Part shown: positions 35,391 through 42,008 of the stretch, piece by piece
How positions within the stretch are numbered: the stretch's first letter is position 1
How the letters are laid out: each line of letters begins with the position of its first letter
Origin: Patescibacteria group bacterium
GTDB lineage: Bacteria > Patescibacteriota > Minisyncoccia > UBA6257 > GWB1-50-10
Length of the DNA stretch: 42,008 nucleotides
Assembly (NCBI GenBank): GCA_038064775.1
Contig: JBBTSG010000014.1
Span: forward strand, 26,708 to 68,715
Direction of reading: 5' to 3'
The notes under the pieces: generated by a model
The model's database searches: none
What the model saw: only the letters and a program-made list of their open reading frames with translations
Told to the model about the DNA's origin: nothing
Made by a program: the position numbers and the translations under genes

Positions 35391-35836
35391 GTATTTCTAA
35401 TTAACTGACGACCTTCTCTTGCTCTTTTACTTAAAACCCGATTTTTTCTACCATTACCCCTATTTAAACCGGCATATGTTGGACTTAACGAATCGCAATT
35501 GGGACACAAAAGACGAAGGTTGCTTTCTATATTATTGCGCCAGTTTCCATCAATATGATCAGCAACTAACGGAACTTGCCCAGTCTTAATATTAATCTTT
35601 GCCCATCCACATAAGCAACACTTATTTCCAAACTTTCTTCGTAGGTATCGTTTAATATATCCCGAAACTATACCCAAACCCTGTAAACCCTTAATTTTTC
35701 CCGCCTTCCATTCTTTGATATATAACTGGAATTGGTATTCGATTTGGCATGCATTACTACAATATTTGTATATCGCACGAGCTGTTTCTTGACTACAATT
35801 CGCGCATTTTTCTCTAAGTTTTTTAGGCATTGACAT
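35381..35836 (-). CDS. Free-standing HNH endonuclease with Zn-binding motifs
   Basis: CANC, YCSNAC, CCLCG, ADHIDGNWRNN...NLRLLCPNC; stop codon lies inside tRNA-Thr. Confidence 0.9.
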   Translation of the reverse strand: MSMPKKLREKCANCSQETARAIYKYCSNACQIEYQFQLYIKEWKAGKIKGLQGLGIVSGYIKRYLRRKFGNKCCLCGWAKINIKTGQVPLVADHIDGNWRNNIESNLRLLCPNCDSLSPTYAGLNRGNGRKNRVLSKRAREGRQLIRNTPE

Positions 35837-35894
35837 AGACCAACTATAACATAATTTACGACCTTAATAAAAAAAATAAGTGGTTGCGATTTCA

Positions 35895-35927
35895 AAAAGA
35901 ATCTCCGCCCTTGCAGGCGGAGATTCT
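35895..35927 (-). terminator. rnpB terminator
   Basis: AGAATCTCCGCC-TGCAAG-GGCGGAGATTCT followed by a T-run on minus. Confidence 0.75.
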
Positions 35928-36385
35928 AGTAAGTCGTAAGCGGGATTCTGTTCCGGCGGTTGCCGGATGTGATAATTCATCTGGGCCCTCGATTGCTCTC
36001 GGGCTCTGGCGGCACTCTCCATTTCTGGAGTACGGCCTTGCACTCGGGTAAGGATTTAGCCGTTTCATTTTCGCTTTTTTATCTCTATAGCGAAATTAGA
36101 CCAAACTAGCTTGAGATTGGGTCTTCCCTCGGCTTTCGCCTCGGGACGTTTCTGTTCGCACCTCTAAGCTTTCACTCGACGGGCGTTACCCGCTACCTGC
36201 CGAATTTGTCCGAGCGTTGCGAGGTTACAAATTCGAGCATCCCGAGCCACGTCGAGGGATTTTTGTCCTTCGACAAACTCAGGACACTGAATTTTGTAAT
36301 TACTCGTTATAACTCGCAAACAAAATTCGTGAGTGTCCCGACTTTCCTCTATTATTTTTAAATAATAGCTATCACTTGACTTACT
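35928..36385 (-). ncRNA. rnpB: RNase P RNA with a large inserted helix
   Basis: GAGGAAAGTCGGGAC, GGGTAACGCCC, GTGCGAACAGAAAC, CCCGAGTGCAAG, ACAGAATCCCGCTTAC; P1 AGTAAGTC/GACTTACT; promoter TTGCAA-17-TATACT (36392-36420). Confidence 0.93.
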
Positions 36386-36448
36386 TTTAAAAGTATAACA
36401 CATCTAAATAAAACTTGCAAATCATTAATAAAAAGGTAATATAAAATT

Positions 36449-36715
36449 ATGGAAAAAATATCTGAATTTTCTAAAAGAGAAAACGAGCCTTATCCAAAAT
36501 TGTATTTAAGGGTGATGTCTGGAAAGGAAGATTTTATTGTCGGTCCGTTTAGTGATCACGTTGAATTTGAAACTATTCGCTCTGAATTAGAAGAAGCGGA
36601 AAAAATCGCAAGAAAAAACAAACGCTGGAAATTTGAGGGTTTCGCGACAAATGCTGAAAAAGTAAACACCACTTCGTTGGGCAAAATGCTGGAAATTATT
36701 GGCGGTTCCAAATAA
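36449..36715 (+). CDS. Hypothetical protein
   Basis: 88-aa ORF divergent from rnpB. Confidence 0.65.
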   Translation: MEKISEFSKRENEPYPKLYLRVMSGKEDFIVGPFSDHVEFETIRSELEEAEKIARKNKRWKFEGFATNAEKVNTTSLGKMLEIIGGSK

Positions 36716-36773
36716 ATATAAAAAATCTTGTTTTGTTAAGCGAGGTGGAATTTTAGATTCTTTTCAAATCACT

Positions 36774-36836
36774 TTATATCAAAGTGTCCAGCGCGCGGTT
36801 TACGAGCGCGTCTGCTTCGCCGTTATTTTTGCGCAA
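36774..36836 (-). pseudogene. Displaced duplicate of the rnhA 3' end
   Basis: Encodes RKNNGEADALVNRALDTLI*, versus the rnhA end REENGEADTLVNRALDTLL*. Confidence 0.85.
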
Positions 36837-36848
36837 TAACAAAAGAAC

Positions 36849-38060
36849 TTACTCAATAATATTTATCAAATCAGGAAATTTTTCTCGGTAGTAGTTAAGA
36901 CCTCTGGTTCGCAGTTCTTTATCGTCAATTCCTGTTTTAGAAATAAAATTTTTCTCGGTAATGTTAATAGATTCTATATCTTTAACCGTTAAGCCGCCCA
37001 ACACCTGCGCTTCAATATATTGCATCTTACTTGGCTCATAATATTTTATTTCTCTTCCGTTAACTGTGGCTTCGGTTTCACTAAGTAATTGATGATGTAA
37101 TGTGTACATCGATTTTGCGATGAGAGCGTGTTCAAAAGACAATTGCTGTTTTTTAGCGCTGCCGTCTTTACGCAAATCGCTAAATGGCTCAATAAGGCCA
37201 TTTATATTCATAGAATCGCCGGCCGTAAAAACGACCTTGTTCTTAACTCGCTCTGGATCGACAACAAACACAAAACTCCCGTATTGCGCCGCCGCACCCT
37301 TTTCTAACTCATTTTTGTAACCACTTGCCAAAGCCATATAAACCGGCTTTGAACCTGATTCTGATTCTGAAAAAATTCCGAGGTCTTTTTCTCTTTCGTC
37401 TCTGCGCAAATCATAGCCCTCATTATCCGCATCCATTATAACCCCAATCATCCCACCAGTTTTCCTCGCATCCTTTTTATCTTTTTCTTCAAGTTCGGCA
37501 AAAGGGATAAATTTACCGGCCTCCAAAATAGGAGTGATAGCGGAAGCATTTATAGTGAGTTTTGGTGAAGATTTAATTTGTTCATAAATATCCGAAAGTT
37601 TTCTAAGAAGGTCTTCTTGATCCTCTTTCTTTTCTTTCATAGGGGACACTTTGTCGAGAACTTCATAATTTATTTCCCTCGCAACCCGCCAATCTATAGA
37701 GTCTCCTTCTTTAATCCCCCGTTGCGCTCGAAGCTGGTTTTCTATGTTTAATTCTTCCGTAAAATAACTTTTTTTATCCGGCCTCCCTTTAAGACAGTGA
37801 TACTCAAAAAAATTTTGAAGCATCAACTTGATATTTTCAAACGATTTCTCATTAATCATTTCGACAACTGATTTTTCGGGAGTTTTTTCTCCTAATTCTT
37901 TCTCTGTCGGTTTTTCTATTTCCTCTTGCTGGATCAAGCCGAACACCGGGAATACTTCTTTATCCAAGAAATTTTTAAGCTCGCTGTTTTCTATCTCCTC
38001 TACGGCTTTCTCGTGAGGTTGCTCTGGTAATTGCGTACTCATTGATTCGAATTTCATCAA
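36849..38060 (-). CDS. Hypothetical protein with C-terminal DUF3626-like domain
   Basis: R..RE..LG, KPVYMAL, GAAAQYG, VFTAGDS, YIEAQVLGGLTVKDI; acidic low-complexity N-terminus. Confidence 0.65.
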   Translation of the reverse strand: MMKFESMSTQLPEQPHEKAVEEIENSELKNFLDKEVFPVFGLIQQEEIEKPTEKELGEKTPEKSVVEMINEKSFENIKLMLQNFFEYHCLKGRPDKKSYFTEELNIENQLRAQRGIKEGDSIDWRVAREINYEVLDKVSPMKEKKEDQEDLLRKLSDIYEQIKSSPKLTINASAITPILEAGKFIPFAELEEKDKKDARKTGGMIGVIMDADNEGYDLRRDEREKDLGIFSESESGSKPVYMALASGYKNELEKGAAAQYGSFVFVVDPERVKNKVVFTAGDSMNINGLIEPFSDLRKDGSAKKQQLSFEHALIAKSMYTLHHQLLSETEATVNGREIKYYEPSKMQYIEAQVLGGLTVKDIESINITEKNFISKTGIDDKELRTRGLNYYREKFPDLINIIE

Positions 38061-38062
38061 AA

Positions 38063-38503
38063 TTATAATAACGTATCCAAAGCCCTATTCACAAGCGTGT
38101 CCGCTTCGCCGTTTTCTTCGCGGGGAACGTAAGTGAACTCAACCGATTGAAAATCCTGCTTTAAATTCCAAACTTCAACAAAACGGGGAATAAGTTCGTG
38201 CTCTTTAATTTTGTAATCACCTCGCAGTTGGCTCACCACAAGTTCACTGTCGGAACGGATTTCAACATCCGTTTTTTTCGCCTCATCACCACCGATCAAC
38301 GCTTTGACTTTCTTTAAGCCAAAAACAACCGCTTCATATTCCGCAACATTATTTGTCGTCTCGCCTATCGCTTTGGAATAACCTCGGCCCAAGGCCGATC
38401 CGCCTTGGGCGGACTTATCTTTGATTACGACTCCAATCGCCGCCGACCCGGGATTTCCTCTCGCGCCACCATCTGTGTAAATGATTATTTTACTCTTTTC
38501 CAT
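38063..38503 (-). CDS. rnhA: Ribonuclease HI
   Basis: YTDGGARGNPG, TNNVAEYEA, SDSELVV, VPREEN..AD.LVN. Confidence 0.94.
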   Translation of the reverse strand: MEKSKIIIYTDGGARGNPGSAAIGVVIKDKSAQGGSALGRGYSKAIGETTNNVAEYEAVVFGLKKVKALIGGDEAKKTDVEIRSDSELVVSQLRGDYKIKEHELIPRFVEVWNLKQDFQSVEFTYVPREENGEADTLVNRALDTLL

Positions 38504-39312
38504 GGGAATGGTTTATTTACGGGAGTTATGAACGCTGAAGCGGCTTTGTGTCCTCCACTACCATATTTCGTGGCGATTTTTGCAACGTCTACTTTGCCGT
38601 TCGAACGCAACGAAACTCTTATTACTTTATTATCTCTTTGATACCAAATAATTCCTATCGGCGGTTTCATTTTTACAAGTTCGTGGCCTAACTCTGACCT
38701 GTAAAGCGGTGAATTCACGGCGAGAACTTTGTACCCTTCAAAATTTACAAGATAAGCTTTTTCAAGAATACGATTTATTAAAATTTTGTCGTAACGGAGC
38801 AATAATTTTCCACGATCGCTTACCAATTTCATTTTTTTCTCAAGCTCGCCTGCGAGTTTATTAAATGCGGAAAATGAAAATTCGTACAAATTTAGGTAAG
38901 AAATAATTTCTCTAGAAAATGGCAGTCGCCAATGCCAAAGATCCATATCTTCGATATAACGCAAAAGTTTCGGCACCGGTTTTTTAGGGTGGAAATATTT
39001 CCATGTTAAAACTGATCCAGAATGATTCAAATCAAAAGAATAACCAGCCCCTCTTTTTACTTGGTCTTTAGCGGTAATGTGGTGGTCTATAAAAATAACT
39101 TCCTTCGCAATTTTCAATAATTCCGAAAACATCGGTTCGCTGTGCGTAAAATCAACGCTGTAAACCAGCTTATTTTTTAAGCCCTTAGGCAATGGTAGGC
39201 CGCGATCAACTGCAATATAATCTGCTTTTTTACCTAATTTTTTGCGTGCCGCCCAAGCCGCCCCAAACCCGTCCGGACAATTTGCATGATACAAAACAAC
39301 GATTTTTTTCAT
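38485..39312 (-). CDS. DHH/DHHA1 family phosphoesterase
   Basis: YHANCPDG, VDF, IDHH, IEDMDLW, SLRS, GGHKAAS; start moved to ATG 39312. Confidence 0.9.
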   Translation of the reverse strand: MKKIVVLYHANCPDGFGAAWAARKKLGKKADYIAVDRGLPLPKGLKNKLVYSVDFTHSEPMFSELLKIAKEVIFIDHHITAKDQVKRGAGYSFDLNHSGSVLTWKYFHPKKPVPKLLRYIEDMDLWHWRLPFSREIISYLNLYEFSFSAFNKLAGELEKKMKLVSDRGKLLLRYDKILINRILEKAYLVNFEGYKVLAVNSPLYRSELGHELVKMKPPIGIIWYQRDNKVIRVSLRSNGKVDVAKIATKYGSGGHKAASAFITPVNKPFPWKRVK

Positions 39313-39427
39313 TGATTCTATACTATTATACGGTAAATACACTCCTAAAAACAAAACCTTAAAACTTGTCATAGGTTTAAACCTAGGGCAGATAGAAGTC
39401 CTTCGCAAAATTATTGCAAAATTAGCC

Positions 39428-39580
39428 CTATGGCAAAGCTGGCGGTAAAAGCACTTGCTCTGCGTTATTAATATTATTTCCGTCCAGGGGATTCTCACTA
39501 TTTGGTTTTTGCCAAAAATAAAACCCAACCAAGAAAATAATTATAATTATGGCGATTATTGGAACTAATTTTTTGTTCAT
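39428..39580 (-). CDS. Small single-TM protein (50 aa) ending PPALP
   Basis: MNKKLVPIIAIIIIIFLVGFYFWQKPNSENPLDGNNINNAEQVLLPPALP; starts 8 nt after the upstream stop; below the ORF-track cutoff. Confidence 0.65.
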   Translation of the reverse strand: MNKKLVPIIAIIIIIFLVGFYFWQKPNSENPLDGNNINNAEQVLLPPALP

Positions 39581-39588
39581 ATTTTTTA

Positions 39589-40260
39589 TTAGTTAGGCAA
39601 TTGAGGCAATGCCGGGACTTGATCTTTCAAACTAAACTGACAATTTTTTTCGACATTCACAATCATGCCATGACCCATCACATTACTTCCTTTTTCTTTG
39701 TCGAAATAAAATCCGATTAGGTTTTGCCATGGATTTTGACCTTCAGTCGCTTTCAGAGCATCATACGCGTACGCTTTCTTCACATTACAATTACCGGTAA
39801 TGTCGTTAAAATTCTGACCAATCATATCAGACGTAATAAATTTAAAATTCCAGCCCGTTAACATAGCAAACAATTCTTTTTGCATCTTGGGGACTGTATA
39901 GATTACATCGCCTTCTTCTGGATAATAAAACCAATACGAACCACGGACATATCTATCAAAATAATTAAAATCTATGCCAGAACCAGATAATGCTTGTTTT
40001 AATTCGCTAGTAATTTTTTCTTTTTCCTCCTTTGTAAGTTCTGGTTTAATCCTATAATACTTATTTAATATCGGGACGTAACTAAAAATATATTGCGCTT
40101 TTTCCATAAGCGGTCTAGGAAAATCCTCTCCGTTACCTAACAAATTCCAACCCTTATAAACATGCTTTGTAATGGTGCTACTAGTAGATTGCGCAAAAAC
40201 ACTCATTCCTCCAAAAAATAGAAGCGTCACTGCTAAAACGCCTAGAATGTATTTCTTCAT
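39589..40260 (-). CDS. Secreted hypothetical protein with two GWN motifs and a Pro-rich C-tail
   Basis: Signal peptide VFA-Q; KGWNLL, TGWNFK; VPALPQLPN. Confidence 0.75.
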   Translation of the reverse strand: MKKYILGVLAVTLLFFGGMSVFAQSTSSTITKHVYKGWNLLGNGEDFPRPLMEKAQYIFSYVPILNKYYRIKPELTKEEKEKITSELKQALSGSGIDFNYFDRYVRGSYWFYYPEEGDVIYTVPKMQKELFAMLTGWNFKFITSDMIGQNFNDITGNCNVKKAYAYDALKATEGQNPWQNLIGFYFDKEKGSNVMGHGMIVNVEKNCQFSLKDQVPALPQLPN

Positions 40261-40286
40261 AATTTAAGTATATAAGATTCGTTTCT

Positions 40287-41405
40287 TTATCGCAAGGCTT
40301 CTATCCCCAGCAACTTTTTTCCGCTCAAAAATTCCAGCATTGCGCCGCCGCCAGTTGATAAAAACAAATTCTTGTTTTTAGTTATGAGTTTTGAGTTGTT
40401 GGTTATAAGTTTAAGTGAAGCGAGTGTTTCGCCACCGCCAATAACAGCAATAGCTTTTTTATTCGCAAAAATAGCTTTCCACGTCGCGATTGTCCCTTTT
40501 TCAAATCCTTTTTTTTCAAAAAGCCCGATAGGACCGTTCCAGATTATCGTTTTTGATTTAGCGATAATTTTGCTCCATTCATTTATGGTTTGCGGCCCAA
40601 TGTCTAGAATTTTCTTTGCCGAAACTTTAATGTCGCTTGGCAAAACAATTTTCGGCGAGCCGATAAACTTTTTTACAAACGGCAGTGATGCTTTATCGTA
40701 AAAAGATTTACCAATCGGCAAACCATTCGCCAAAAAGAAAGTATTTGCCGGCCCGCCAGCAATTATAAATTTGTCCGCTTTGTTCCAAAAATATTTGAGC
40801 ACGCCCACTTTATCGGAAACTTTCGCGCCGCCTAAAACAATAACAAACGGCTTAGCACTATAGTTAATTATAGCGCCAAGTTTTTTTAGTTCTTTTTCAA
40901 GAAGTAAACCACCGTATGAGGGAAGATATTTTGTAATTGCGACAACTGATGCGTTCTTGCGATGAGAAACGGCAAAAGCGTCGTTCACAAAAAAATCACC
41001 GAGTTTAGCGAGCTCACGCGTGAAACTAGGGTCATTTGCTTCCTCTCCCTGGAAAAATCGTAAATTTTCGACGAGCACTATTTTCGCATCCGAATTTTTA
41101 ACCACTTTCTCTAAAGCACCCGTCCTAGCGGCGTATACAAAATCAACCGCAGTTTTTAATTTTTTCGCGAAAATGGGACCGAACGGAGCAAGAGAATAAT
41201 TTTTTTCGTACTTTCCAGGCCGGCCGCGATGGCTTAGCAAAATAATTTTTGTTTTATTTTTGAGCAAAAGCTTGATTGTCGGAATTACCGCCTCAAGACG
41301 ATAACTATCAAGCTCCCCGCCCGGCTCAATATTTAAATCAATTCGCAAAAGCGCGGTTTTACCAGCGTATTTTTTTAAATTTGTTTTTGAGAGAAATTTA
41401 ATCAC
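40287..41405 (-). CDS. pgk: Phosphoglycerate kinase
   Basis: RIDLN, SHRGRP, ENLRF, NDAFAVSHR, GGAKVSDK, WNGPIGLFE, STGGGA. Confidence 0.96.
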   Translation of the reverse strand: MIKFLSKTNLKKYAGKTALLRIDLNIEPGGELDSYRLEAVIPTIKLLLKNKTKIILLSHRGRPGKYEKNYSLAPFGPIFAKKLKTAVDFVYAARTGALEKVVKNSDAKIVLVENLRFFQGEEANDPSFTRELAKLGDFFVNDAFAVSHRKNASVVAITKYLPSYGGLLLEKELKKLGAIINYSAKPFVIVLGGAKVSDKVGVLKYFWNKADKFIIAGGPANTFFLANGLPIGKSFYDKASLPFVKKFIGSPKIVLPSDIKVSAKKILDIGPQTINEWSKIIAKSKTIIWNGPIGLFEKKGFEKGTIATWKAIFANKKAIAVIGGGETLASLKLITNNSKLITKNKNLFLSTGGGAMLEFLSGKKLLGIEALR

Positions 41406-41484
41406 TAAAATGATTATAACGTTTTCACAAAATAAAAAAACTCTCTAGATTAGAGTTTTTTTCTTAAAATTTACGACCAATGAA

Positions 41485-41604
41485 TTCCCGGCAAATCTTA
41501 CTTTCCCAGCCGCCGAAGCAGCAAGTATCATCAGAGTTCAACGCTTTTACTTCCGAGTTCGGAATGGGATCGGGTAGGTCACATTAAACCGAATCACCAG
41601 GAAA
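41485..41604 (-). rRNA. rrf: 5S rRNA
   Basis: CCTGGTG...CCCGATCCCATTCCGAACTCGGAAGTAAA...GATGATACT...GGGAAAGTA...GCCGGGA. Confidence 0.93.
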
Positions 41605-41656
41605 TCATTAGCCACAATTCCAACTTAAGTTAAAAATTCGTTCCTGAGTGAACGGA

Positions 41657-41943
<287 letters not shown>

Positions 41944-42008
41944 CATGATATCACGTATTACTACGCGCACGGACTATAATTTTATCCAAAAATTTGGATA
42001 GTTAACGT
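41944..42008 (-). mobile_element. Group I intron in 23S rRNA at the L2593 site (3' end only; runs off the window)
   Basis: rRNA homology stops exactly 5' of CGTGAGACAG; the insert ends in G and carries S-element-like ATTATAGTCC followed by a P9-like hairpin. Confidence 0.85.

Noticed and set aside
7518-36286. Recurrent hairpins as a CRISPR array or integron attC sites
   Set aside because: The copies are dispersed, not regularly spaced with unique spacers; there is no cas or integrase gene and no GTTRRRY/RYYYAAC ends
36164-36403. 79-aa ORF
   Set aside because: Lies within the RNase P RNA gene
39313-39528. Long N-terminal extension of the DHH ORF, or an ncRNA in this gap
   Set aside because: The DHH domain starts at ATG 39312 after a -10 box; much of the gap is explained by the 50-aa ORF, and the remaining pairing is weak

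Overview
This is a 42-kb chromosomal window from a low-GC bacterium using the standard code, most likely Patescibacteria/CPR and probably Parcubacteria. That placement is inferred from the ctpA-rplI-rpmA and ftsEX-prfB gene order, near-leaderless genes and an intron-containing 23S. Housekeeping genes include a DEAD-box helicase, eno, a D-2-hydroxyacid dehydrogenase, ppsA, glycerate kinase, secA, rmuC, rpmA, rplI, ctpA, def, fmt, sod, dsbB, nadK, ftsEX, a short prfB, rnhA and pgk. RNA genes are three tRNAs, RNase P RNA, 5S and the 3' end of 23S with a group I intron at the L2593 site. Many single-gene accessory cassettes are interleaved with these. The main observations are: (1) a family of short tandem-GA hairpins (CCTGAG-N-TCGAAGG) sits as an inverted pair just before a stand-alone GIY-YIG nuclease and recurs in frame in secA, fmt and sod, in four terminators and inside RNase P RNA, which suggests a REP/RAYT-like system driven by GIY-YIG; (2) a peptidase-propeller-Omp85-like protein occurs in a presumed monoderm; (3) there are two unannotated structured ncRNA candidates; (4) accessory cassettes share a boxA-like leader plus strong SD; (5) an insertion replaced the rnhA 3' end with a recoded copy; (6) HNH, GIY-YIG and HEPN nuclease genes sit against tRNA genes, and there is a membrane-anchored Schlafen protein. 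All family assignments come from reading motifs by eye; no searches were run.
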